Shown here: piece after piece, positions 15,939 to 23,858 of the stretch | Numbering within the stretch: the stretch's first letter is position 1 | Layout: each line of letters begins with the position of its first letter | Assembly (NCBI GenBank): GCA_046331705.1 | Contig: JAXLQJ010000031.1 | Coordinates: forward strand, 62,001-85,858 | Reading direction: 5' to 3' | Source: a bacterium | GTDB lineage: Bacteria > JADJOY01 | DNA length: 23,858 nucleotides | Made by a program: the position numbers and the translations under genes | The notes under the pieces: generated by a model | The model's input: the letters and a program-made list of their open reading frames with translations, nothing else | Database searches by the model: none | Told to the model about the DNA's origin: nothing

Positions 15939-17125
15939 CGCGGCAGGCCGAGGACGCGGGTGGCGATGATGTTGCGCTGGATCTCGGAGGTGCCCGCGTA
16001 GATCGTGGCGGCACGCGACCACAGCGCTTCGTACGCCCAGTAGCCGTCGTCGATCGCGAGGTCGTCGCCACGCCGCACCAGCGCCGCCGGTCCCATCAGG
16101 TCCACCGCGAACTCCTTCACCCGCTGATCCAGGCTCGACCACAGGATCTTGAGGGTCGAGCCCTCCGGTCCTGGCACGCCGTGCTTCTGGATGGTGCTGG
16201 CGTTCCGGTACGCGGTCATGCGCAGGATCATGTTCTGCGCCGCGAAGTCCATGAGCTTCTGGCGCACCAGCGGATCCTGCGCGGCGGTGGTGCCGTTGCC
16301 GCGGTCGAGGTGCTTGGCGATCTCGATGAGCCGCTCGACCTCGGCGGCGAGGCGCGCGTGCTGCGCCGAGCTGCCGCGCTCGTGGGCCAGCGTGTGCATC
16401 ACGATGTCCCAGCCGCGGTTCACCTCGCCGACCACGTTCTCGATCGGCACCTCGCAACCGTCGAAGAAGACCTCGTTGAACCACGCTTCGCCGGTCATCT
16501 CGACCAGCGGTCGGATCGTGATGCCGGGGCTCTTCATGTCCACCAGCAGGAACGAGAGTCCCTTGTGGCGCACTGAATTGGGCTCGGTGCGCACCACGAG
16601 GATGCACCAGTCGGCCTGGTGCGCGAAGCTCGTCCAGGTCTTCTGGCCGGTGACCACGATCTTGTCGCCGCGCACCTCGCCGCGCGTGCGCAAGCTCGCC
16701 AGGTCGCTGCCGGCGTTGGGCTCGGAAAAGCCCTGGCACCAGATCTCCTCGCCGGTGAGGATCTTCTGCAGGAAGCGCTCTTTCTGCCATGGCTTGCCGT
16801 GGGCCATGACGGTGGGGCCGACGAGCGCCGTGCCCACCGACAGGTTGATCATGTTGGGCGCTTCGAGGCGCGTGTACTCCTCGGCCCAGATCAAGTACTC
16901 GATGTGCCCGATGGCGCGGCCGCCGTATTCCTTCGGCCAGTTGAGCCCCGCCCAGCCACCGTCGTAGAGCTTGCGCTGCCAGCTCTTCAGGAACGCCACG
17001 CGTGCGGTGGCTTCTTCGGGCTCGCGGACCTTTCCGTCGAGCCAGCCCGCGGGGAGATTGGCCGTGAGCCAGTCGCGCACCTCGCGGCGAAACGCGGCTT
17101 GCTCGGGTGTGTCGCGCAGATCCAT
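15935..17125 (-). CDS. Acyl-CoA dehydrogenase, FadE30 (IpdE1)/FadE26-like catalytic-subunit type
   Basis: GGAGG RBS. Motifs WPKEYGG, IWCQGFSEPNAGSDLASLRT, GQKTWTS, FNEVFFD, LAHERG (catalytic Glu position) and TIYAGTSEIQRNIIATRVLGLPR. Confidence 0.95.
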   Translation of the reverse strand: MDLRDTPEQAAFRREVRDWLTANLPAGWLDGKVREPEEATARVAFLKSWQRKLYDGGWAGLNWPKEYGGRAIGHIEYLIWAEEYTRLEAPNMINLSVGTALVGPTVMAHGKPWQKERFLQKILTGEEIWCQGFSEPNAGSDLASLRTRGEVRGDKIVVTGQKTWTSFAHQADWCILVVRTEPNSVRHKGLSFLLVDMKSPGITIRPLVEMTGEAWFNEVFFDGCEVPIENVVGEVNRGWDIVMHTLAHERGSSAQHARLAAEVERLIEIAKHLDRGNGTTAAQDPLVRQKLMDFAAQNMILRMTAYRNASTIQKHGVPGPEGSTLKILWSSLDQRVKEFAVDLMGPAALVRRGDDLAIDDGYWAYEALWSRAATIYAGTSEIQRNIIATRVLGLPR

Positions 17126-17225
17126 GGCGCCTCCGATCGTGAGCGGCGAGTGCGCCCAACGATCGCCCGCCGGGGCGCGGCGATCAAGCTCTTGGCTGCT
17201 CGAGGCGCGCCGCGCGTGGGCCGGT

Positions 17226-18437
17226 TCACGGCACCGGCGCCGTCGATCGCAGCAGTGCGTCGAGGCGATCGATCACCGCGCGAGCCTGGTCCGCTTCCAC
17301 GGCCTCGCGCTCGCGGTTCGGGCGAGCGATCAGCGCCAACGTGGTCTCCGGCTCGCCGCGTTTCCCTGCGACGAGCGACACCGGATCGTACTGGAGAGGG
17401 CGGAAGAGCTCCGCCATCTGCGCAGTTCGCGCATCGACGATCGTTTGCACCGGCAGCATTCGGTCGAGCGCGGTGCGCGCGAGCTCGATCGTGGCCGAGA
17501 GCTCGGCGCGAGCCGGCGCATCGAAGCGCGGCTCCGCGGCGAGGTTGCGCTCCAGCGATCGCGTCGCGCTGGGTATCCACGCCCACTCCAGGCCGCCGCC
17601 CACGGTTTCCCGGAGCTGGATCGCCGAGGAAACCCGGAGCGCGAGCGCCAGCATGTGGGCATGGTGGACCGTGGCCTCGCTCGCGGCGCCCCGTTCCTCG
17701 GCCGCGCGCCCCGCGATCGAGAACCACTGCGGTACCGCGGCCTGCGCCAGCGTCGGCTCTGGCGACATCGCGCCGCCGCTCGGGACCGCGGCCGTGAGCT
17801 CGCGGGCCGCGAGCGCGCGCCGCGCCATGTCGAGGCAGTCGGCTCGCTCTTCGAGCAGCGCGTCCGCTCGCTTCCGCTGCGCTTCGGTCCAGCCCTCGTC
17901 TCGGCGCTCGAGACCACGAACCAGCTCGCCCTTCGGATCGCACAGCGCAGCGGCCCGCTCGAGGAGCACGAAGCCGTCGTCGGGCGCCCGCGCGGGCGCA
18001 ACCTGCAGCTCGACGGCGACCGGAGCGATGCGGGGGAGGGATGCGCGGGCCGAGTCGATCGGCTCGAGGACGAAGTCGCGGACGCGCACCGTGGCGGTGC
18101 CCGCGCGCTCGGGCGCGCGCAGAGCGGAGGCGAGCTCCGCCGCGAACTGGCACGGGGCCTCGGGTCGCGCATCGCACTGAAGTGCCACGGTCCGGGTCTC
18201 ACCCAACCAGTCGACCGTGAAGCCCGTGAGCCGCGCGGCGTGCCCAGCACGCACGGCGAGCCGGGCCGAGGACACCCGGACCGGCTCGTCGGCGAAGGGC
18301 GCCGACACCGCAAGGGATACGAACGATCCACTGGCGGGCGGCGAGTGGCGGCCGAGTGCCTCGATCGCGAGCAATGAGCCACCCAGGACCACCAGGCACG
18401 CGATCCCGCTTCGGCTCATCGGCGACGGCTTGCTCAC
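17226..18437 (-). CDS. Hypothetical exported or membrane-anchored protein
   Basis: GTG at 18437 overlaps the upstream stop (alternative ATG at 18419). Hydrophobic N-terminus GIACLVVLGGSLLAI, a beta-rich region, then a helical region. No family recognised. Confidence 0.65.
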   Translation of the reverse strand: MSKPSPMSRSGIACLVVLGGSLLAIEALGRHSPPASGSFVSLAVSAPFADEPVRVSSARLAVRAGHAARLTGFTVDWLGETRTVALQCDARPEAPCQFAAELASALRAPERAGTATVRVRDFVLEPIDSARASLPRIAPVAVELQVAPARAPDDGFVLLERAAALCDPKGELVRGLERRDEGWTEAQRKRADALLEERADCLDMARRALAARELTAAVPSGGAMSPEPTLAQAAVPQWFSIAGRAAEERGAASEATVHHAHMLALALRVSSAIQLRETVGGGLEWAWIPSATRSLERNLAAEPRFDAPARAELSATIELARTALDRMLPVQTIVDARTAQMAELFRPLQYDPVSLVAGKRGEPETTLALIARPNREREAVEADQARAVIDRLDALLRSTAPVP

Positions 18438-18994
18438 CACGGTGGACGTCGGGCGATCGCCACGAGCAACGGGGCGAAGATGAGCAACGCACCGAGGAGG
18501 GTGACGAGCGTGATCGTCCGTGGCGTGGTCCCGCTCACGCGCCCGAGAACACGGCCGGTCGCGAGCGGCCACGCGAGAACGCCGGTCCAGAAGGCTCCCA
18601 CGGCGAGCCCCGGTGTGACCTCGAGCTTCGTCCCGATCATCAGCAGCGCCGCGCCGAGTGTGACCGCGGCCATCCCGTCGCCGGTGATCGCCAGGACGCG
18701 TTCCCAGCTCATCCTGCGCTTGGCCGCTCGCAGTCCCAGCCAAAGCAGGCTCGCGTAGGCGATCCACAACCCGGCGACGAGCTCGATCGTACGCGCGAGC
18801 GCGACGGGTCCGCACGCGAGCGCACCGGCCCCGTTCATGCCGTCGAGGAAACGCACCGACCTTCCGACGAGGCAGCGTTGCCAGCCGATCAGTGCCCCAG
18901 CCACGACCACCATCCCGGTCGCGCGGATCATCTGCGCGGGAGCGACGTGGGCCGGCTCGCCCGGATTTGGGGAAGGCTGGATCGGTAGTTTCAC
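18434..18994 (-). CDS. Hypothetical integral membrane protein
   Basis: 186 aa with about 4-5 hydrophobic segments; coupled to the downstream gene. Start uncertain. Confidence 0.6.
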   Translation of the reverse strand: MKLPIQPSPNPGEPAHVAPAQMIRATGMVVVAGALIGWQRCLVGRSVRFLDGMNGAGALACGPVALARTIELVAGLWIAYASLLWLGLRAAKRRMSWERVLAITGDGMAAVTLGAALLMIGTKLEVTPGLAVGAFWTGVLAWPLATGRVLGRVSGTTPRTITLVTLLGALLIFAPLLVAIARRPPW

Positions 18995-19229
18995 GGGCTC
19001 GCTCGCGCCGGCGCCGCAGCGCCGCAGGATCGCGTGGCCGAGGCGGGCAGGTCAACGGCGGCGTGGGCCTCGCCTCCGTGGCTCCGCGTCCCCGCCGCGG
19101 CACGCGGACGATCGGGGCGCTGCGCTGCCACGGACTCTCGGCGTGGGGGCACGCGCGTGGGCAGCGCTGCCCTCGAAGGGGCCGACTGCACAGCGGACGT
19201 CGGGCCTCCTCGCGCCTCGAAGCGACCGC

Positions 19230-20339
19230 TCAGAACCGCTCGTTGCCGGTGGGCTCGGTGCGGGGCACGGCGTTCTGCGTGTGGCGGATCTTGGAGATCT
19301 GCTCGTAGATCGCTTTGCGCGCGCGATTGATGGCGCCGAGCGGCTGGAGCTCGGGCGAGGCGTGCCAGGGCGTGAACGAGAGATTCTCGCAGAACGCGTC
19401 CTGCGCTGCGCTGTCGAGCTTCTGCGCGGGGATCTCGATTCGGGCGACCGGCACGAACGGCGAGACCGCCTCGCTCCACTCCACCGTGGGATCCTCGATC
19501 GGCATCGCGACCGGATCCTTCTGGAGCTGGACGCCGAACTCGAAGCACGCGGGCGTAGCGGCGAGACGTTTCACGAGATCCTCGCGCAGATAGGACGCGC
19601 TGGGATCGTCGGGCATGGCCGCCGCGACCTCGCTGCACGGCTTGGCAGCGAACTTGGCCGCCTGGCCGTCTCCCATGCGGTAGGGCGTCTCGCTGAAGTA
19701 GCGGGTCGAGAGCAGGCTCGGCGTTTCCTGGCCGACCGCGTCGAGCAGGAGCCGCAGATCGTGGATCTTCCAGTCGAACGGATTCCAGCCCAGGAAGTAG
19801 CCGAGCGGGCTGTCCTCGGAGACCGCGCGCGCGAACTCCACGTAGTCCGCAGGGTCCGCCACGATGAAGACCGGGTAGTTCACCAGCAAGAAGTCCTGGG
19901 TCAGCGCTTCGTCGGGCGAGAGTTTCGGTCCCGTGACGCCGGCCAGCTTGATGGCCATGCCGCGCAGGTTCTTGCCGTTGTCCTCGGGCGGCTTGGGGAG
20001 GCCGTTCGAGAACCGCACCCAGGCCGGATAGGCGCCTGGCGTCGCGAACACGCCGTGACGCAGCGCGCTCGGCAGGTCGTTCGCCACGGTGAACGTGGCG
20101 TGCACGCAGCCGTGCGCTTTGATGTGGGCATCGCGTTTCGCCGGAGTGCCGGGCGGGTAATCGCGCGCCATCGTCTTGCGACCGAGGTCCACCACCTGCT
20201 CGATCCGCTGCGTCTCGTCCGGGAACGGGTATTCCACGCCGAGCTCGGCGTTCGCCGGGATCTTCACCCGCGGTCCGCAGCTGGCGAGCAGCGCAACCAG
20301 GATCGGAACGAATGCGGGCATGCGCGGGCGAAGCTTCAT
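19230..20339 (-). CDS. Catalase-like heme protein (small catalase-related/allene oxide synthase-like fold), predicted lipoprotein
   Basis: Lipobox LLASC; distal His region RDAHIKAHG; RFSNG, RGMAIK, QDFLLVN, FTPWH; proximal Tyr in PLGAINRARKAIY. Confidence 0.88.
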   Translation of the reverse strand: MKLRPRMPAFVPILVALLASCGPRVKIPANAELGVEYPFPDETQRIEQVVDLGRKTMARDYPPGTPAKRDAHIKAHGCVHATFTVANDLPSALRHGVFATPGAYPAWVRFSNGLPKPPEDNGKNLRGMAIKLAGVTGPKLSPDEALTQDFLLVNYPVFIVADPADYVEFARAVSEDSPLGYFLGWNPFDWKIHDLRLLLDAVGQETPSLLSTRYFSETPYRMGDGQAAKFAAKPCSEVAAAMPDDPSASYLREDLVKRLAATPACFEFGVQLQKDPVAMPIEDPTVEWSEAVSPFVPVARIEIPAQKLDSAAQDAFCENLSFTPWHASPELQPLGAINRARKAIYEQISKIRHTQNAVPRTEPTGNERF

Positions 20340-20463
20340 GAGGATTCTCTCCGAGTGGTGCGACGCGTGGTAGGACGTGCTCCTACCACGACGAAGGTGG
20401 GGACCGAGAGTGCGTCAGATTGGATACGCGCGAGCGGCCCGGTCGGATGAGAGCGAAGCCGTG

Positions 20464-21564
20464 ATGCGAACGCTGGTGGTGAGGGACGACCGGATCGGCG
20501 ATCTGGTGCTGACGCTACCGGCGATCGAGGCGCTGGCCCGCGCCGGCGACGCGATCACGCTCGTGGCTTCCGCGGCGAACGCCGATCTGGTCGCGCACGA
20601 TCGGCGCATCGCATCCACCGTGGTGCTTCCCGAGGGCGGCAAGGCGCGCCTGCGGGCGTTCGCGGGTCTGGTGCGGCGCGGCCGCTTCGACCGGGCGTTC
20701 TTCTTCCGCAGTCGCTGGCCGCGGGGCTGGATCGCCGCGGCGCTGGGTGTGCCGGCGCGGATCGGCCCGTTCGCGAACGCCGACGGGCTCGCGTACACGA
20801 TCCGGCCGCGCCAGCACCGGTCCGGCTCGGGTGATTCCGAAGCGACGTATTCGCTCGAGTTGCTCGAGCTGGCCGGCGTCGTCGGCGCGCGGACCGGCGC
20901 CGCGCCCGAGGCGCTCTACCGCAACGTCGTGCTTCCCGAGCGGGTTGCCGATCTGTGGCTCGCACCACCGCCGGCGGCGCGGCTCGCCTTGCCCGAAGCG
21001 CTGCGCGAGCGCGCGCGGCGCTGGATCCAGGACACCCTCGCCGCTGGCGAGCGCTCGCGGCCGCGGGTGGTGGTGCATCCGGGCGCAGGCGGCTCGTCGC
21101 GCAATTGGAGCGCTGCGCGCTTCCGGTCGTTGGTGCGCGAGTTGTCGCGGCACCGCGACGTCACGGTGATCGTCACCGGCGCGCCGCACGAGGTCGCGCT
21201 GGCGCGCGAGGTGGCGGCCGGGAGCACGCCGGCGGCTCCCGTGCACATCGGCTGGGCGGGCCCGCTGGCGCACGCGGCGCTGCTCGGCGAGGTCGCGGTG
21301 GTCGTGAGCGGCTCCACCGGCACGATGCACCTGGCCGCCGCGGTGGGCACGGCGACGGTGTCGCTCTTCGCGCCCATTCGCGCCTCGTCGCCGGTGCGCT
21401 GGGGCGCGCTCTCGGCGCGCGCTCGATTCGCCCTGCCGCCAGTGCCAGACTGCGAACGCTGCATCGGGCCGCGATGCCCGTGGTGGGACTGCATGGATCG
21501 GATCGGGATGGAGCGAGTGGAATCGCTGGTGCGCGCGGCGCTCGCCGAGGGCGCGGGCGGGTGA
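20464..21564 (+). CDS. Glycosyltransferase family 9 (LPS heptosyltransferase-like)
   Basis: Motifs VVRDDRIGDLVLTLP, VVVHPGAGGSSRNW and SGSTGTMHLAAAVGTATVSLF. Confidence 0.92.
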   Translation: MRTLVVRDDRIGDLVLTLPAIEALARAGDAITLVASAANADLVAHDRRIASTVVLPEGGKARLRAFAGLVRRGRFDRAFFFRSRWPRGWIAAALGVPARIGPFANADGLAYTIRPRQHRSGSGDSEATYSLELLELAGVVGARTGAAPEALYRNVVLPERVADLWLAPPPAARLALPEALRERARRWIQDTLAAGERSRPRVVVHPGAGGSSRNWSAARFRSLVRELSRHRDVTVIVTGAPHEVALAREVAAGSTPAAPVHIGWAGPLAHAALLGEVAVVVSGSTGTMHLAAAVGTATVSLFAPIRASSPVRWGALSARARFALPPVPDCERCIGPRCPWWDCMDRIGMERVESLVRAALAEGAGG

Positions 21565-22379
21565 TCGAAGTCGTTTGCCCTGCGGGATTTCACGAGCTCG
21601 CCGGACCGCGCGCGAGCCGCGTGTGGGTGCGTGGCGATCTCGTCGAGCGGTTCGCGGACCACGACTTGCTGCCCGCGCGCGGCACGCCCGAGGGGGCGCT
21701 CGCGCCGGTCCCGCTGGCGGGGCGGGGTGGTGCCTTTCGGATCGGCTGGCGCGGCGTCTCGTTTCCACTCGTGTACCGGCGAGCGCTGCGCGGCGGGCTG
21801 GTCGCGAAGGTGAACCGCGACCGCTTCTTCGATCGCGTGCCGCGGCCCTTCGCCGAGGTGGCGCTGAGCGAGGTGCTGCGATCGCGCGGGGTGGATACGC
21901 CCGAGATCGTGTTCGCCGTGGTGCGGCACGGCGCGGGTGGCGCCTATCGCGGCGCGGTCGCGAGTCGCTGGATCGAAGGCGGGCGGGATCTCGCCGACAC
22001 CCTCGATGCGCTCGCGAGCGCGGGAGAGCCCGCGGACTCGCCGCGCGTGTGCGCGATCTGGCGGGCGGTGGGGCACGCGGTGGGCACGCTCCACGCGGCG
22101 GGGGTGCTTCACGCCGATCTCAACGCGCGGAACCTCCTGCTGGTCGACGGCGACGACCGCGCGAGCCCTGGCGAACCGCGAGTCGTGATTCTCGATCTCG
22201 ATCGCTCCCGACGGTCGGCGCGGCTCTCCGCGAGGGACCGCGCCGCCAACGGGGCACGTCTCGAACGCTCGCTCCGCAAGTTCGCCGGAGCCGCGCGGAT
22301 CACGGGCCGTGAAGCGCGCCGCGCTCGCGACGAGGCCTACGCGGTGGCCAGCGTGGGCCGCGCCGAGCCCACGCGATGA
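21561..22379 (+). CDS. kdkA: 3-deoxy-D-manno-octulosonic acid (Kdo) kinase / LPS kinase family
   Basis: GTG start overlaps the GT9 stop. Motifs GRGG, RRALRGGLVAK, RPFAE, LHAAGVLHADLNARNLL, ILDLDRS and RLERSLRK. Confidence 0.82.
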   Translation: MIEVVCPAGFHELAGPRASRVWVRGDLVERFADHDLLPARGTPEGALAPVPLAGRGGAFRIGWRGVSFPLVYRRALRGGLVAKVNRDRFFDRVPRPFAEVALSEVLRSRGVDTPEIVFAVVRHGAGGAYRGAVASRWIEGGRDLADTLDALASAGEPADSPRVCAIWRAVGHAVGTLHAAGVLHADLNARNLLLVDGDDRASPGEPRVVILDLDRSRRSARLSARDRAANGARLERSLRKFAGAARITGREARRARDEAYAVASVGRAEPTR

Positions 22380-23449
22380 CCGGCGCGAACCTCGCTCGCG
22401 CGGACGACCTCGGCGGCGTCGCGGGCCGGCCAGCCGCGCTGCCCGGAGGTCTCGTCCTCGGCGCCGGCTCGCGGATCGCGATCGTCCGTCTCGGCGCCAT
22501 CGGCGACGTCGTGAACACCATGCCGCTGCTCGTCACGCTGCGCGACGCGCTTCCCCGAGCTCAGCTCACGTGGGTGATCGAGCCCAAGAGCTGGCCCATC
22601 CTGGAAGGCCATCCCGCCCTCGACGATCACGTCCTCTTCCCGCGTCACGAGGTGCGACGGCACGGCGCCGCCTTCGTGCGCGAGCTTCGCAGCCGCCGCT
22701 TCGACGTGGTCCTCGATACCCAGCGGCTGCTCAAGAGCGCCTTGGTCGCGCTGGCCAGCGGTTGCCGCGTGCGGATCGGTTTCGACCGGCGTCGCTCGAA
22801 GGAAGGCAACTGGCTCTTCGCCACCGCGCATCTGCGGCCGCGCGAGGGCCAAGCGCCGATGATCGATCAGTTCCGCGAGTTCGCGACGGCGCTCGGTTGC
22901 GCGCTCGGACCCGTGCGCTGGGATCTGCCGATCCCGAGCGCCGCGCGCCAGCGCGCCGAGTCGGCGCTCGCCGGCGTGGCGCGCCCCTACGTGGTGCTCA
23001 ACCTGGGCGCGAGCAAGCCCGAGAACCTGTGGGCCGCCGAGCGCTGGGCCGAGCTCACGCGGCGGATCGGTGACGAGCTCGACCGTCCGGTGCTATGGAC
23101 GGGGGGCCCGCAGGACGTGGAGCGGGCGCGCGCCGCCGCGCGGTCGGCGTCGCCCGCGCGTGACCTCGTGGGCGCGACCGATCTCAAGACGCTCGCGGCC
23201 ATCCTCGAAGGAGCCTCGCTGGTGGTGAGCTGCGATACCGGACCCATGCACATCGCCGTCGCCGTGGGCGCTCCCGTGGTGGGGCTCTTCGGCCCCGCCG
23301 ATCCCGCGCGCACGGGGCCGTACGGCTGGCGCGAGTTCGTGGTGCTGCCGCGTGACGGCTCGCGCGACATGCGCGATCTCGCCGTCGACGACGTGTTGGC
23401 CTCGGTGCGCCGGCTGCTCGCCACGCGCCCGACTGGCGGTTACTCGTGA
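22376..23449 (+). CDS. Glycosyltransferase family 9 (WaaC/WaaF-like heptosyltransferase)
   Basis: Motifs IVRLGAIGDVVNTMP, LDTQRLLKSA, RIGFD and SCDTGPMHIAVAVGAPVVGLFGPADPARTGPY. Confidence 0.93.
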   Translation: MTGANLARADDLGGVAGRPAALPGGLVLGAGSRIAIVRLGAIGDVVNTMPLLVTLRDALPRAQLTWVIEPKSWPILEGHPALDDHVLFPRHEVRRHGAAFVRELRSRRFDVVLDTQRLLKSALVALASGCRVRIGFDRRRSKEGNWLFATAHLRPREGQAPMIDQFREFATALGCALGPVRWDLPIPSAARQRAESALAGVARPYVVLNLGASKPENLWAAERWAELTRRIGDELDRPVLWTGGPQDVERARAAARSASPARDLVGATDLKTLAAILEGASLVVSCDTGPMHIAVAVGAPVVGLFGPADPARTGPYGWREFVVLPRDGSRDMRDLAVDDVLASVRRLLATRPTGGYS

Positions 23450-23858
23450 AGCGGCGCGATTGGGCAGCGCGCGCCGCGCCGCTCGATCCCGCCGACGTGG
23501 TGGCGGAGTTCGGCAGCGTCGAGGTGCTGGTGGTCGGCGATCTCATCGCCGACCGCTTCCTGTGGGGGAAGGTGAGCCGCATCAGCCCCGAGGCGCCGGT
23601 GCCGGTGGTGCACGTGGTGAACGAGAGCCTCGCGCTCGGCGGTGCCGCGAACGTGGCGCACAACATCCGCGCCCTGGGCGGCCGCGTGAGCTTGGGGGGG
23701 CTGGTCGGCAACGACGCGCTCGGCGAATGGATGCGCGAGGAATGCGCGCGGCTCGAGATCGACCCGAGCGCCATCGTCACCGCGCCGGGGCGGCGTACCA
23801 CGGAGAAGACGCGGGTGGTGGCGCAGCACCAGCAGGTGGTGCGGTTCGATCGCGAGGA
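23446..23858 (+). CDS. rfaE1: D-glycero-D-manno-heptose-7-phosphate kinase (RfaE domain I/HldA), 3'-truncated by the window edge
   Basis: Absent from the ORF track because it has no stop in the window. Translated from GTG at 23446: VLVVGDLIADRFLWGKVSRISPEAPVPVV, LGGAANVAHNIRALGG, TTEKTRVVAQHQQVVRFDRE. Confidence 0.93.
   Translation, partial: MKRRDWAARAAPLDPADVVAEFGSVEVLVVGDLIADRFLWGKVSRISPEAPVPVVHVVNESLALGGAANVAHNIRALGGRVSLGGLVGNDALGEWMREECARLEIDPSAIVTAPGRRTTEKTRVVAQHQQVVRFDRE

Noticed and set aside
18995..19229. 235-bp intergenic region with short GC palindromes (e.g. GGGCAGCGCTGCCC) as a possible ncRNA or riboswitch
   Set aside because: No recognisable riboswitch, tRNA or sRNA signature, and short GC stems are expected by chance. 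An Rfam/Infernal scan would be needed.
334..23829. Many long alternative-frame ORFs (e.g. 3679-5214, 12835-14412, 16971-18377, 18837-20450) and N-terminal extensions of 1350-2816, 15303-17159, 17226-19103 and 20955-22379
   Set aside because: Shadow ORFs expected in high-GC DNA: Arg/Pro/Ala-rich, without motifs, and overlapping well-supported genes.
1..23858. CRISPR arrays, tRNA/rRNA genes, IS elements, integrases or prophage genes
   Set aside because: No regularly spaced direct repeats, RNA gene signatures, or transposase/integrase/phage motifs were seen on either strand.

Overview
High-GC (roughly 70% by eye) chromosomal DNA from a Gram-negative bacterium, as shown by LPS inner-core genes and an outer-membrane porin. 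Its lipid/steroid-catabolic gene content looks actinobacterial, a mix suggestive of Binatia or other Deltaproteobacteria-like lineages (inference only). In order: a partial alginate-export-type porin; a TetR regulator divergent from an acyl-CoA dehydrogenase (ACAD); a 6.2-kb minus-strand run (KshA-like Rieske oxygenase, amidohydrolase, heavily frameshifted GH31 lipoprotein, second amidohydrolase, orphan class I isoprenoid-synthase-fold protein); dps with an OxyR-like box; a secreted FGE/SUMF1-domain protein; an XRE-MmyB regulator with an alpha/beta hydrolase; vapBC; an ACAD-YcxB-YcxB-PflX run; two coupled hypothetical genes; a catalase-like heme lipoprotein; and an LPS core operon (GT9, kdkA, GT9, partial rfaE1). 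The best sequence-level discovery is a palindromic operator (GTTTTTGACG-N3-CGTCAAAAAC) present at both the TetR/ACAD promoter and the Rieske promoter. It defines a candidate steroid/terpenoid-processing regulon that brackets an uncharacterised DDxxD terpenoid-synthase-fold enzyme. I saw no rRNA, tRNA, CRISPR array or mobile element. Family assignments come from motif recognition, not database searches.
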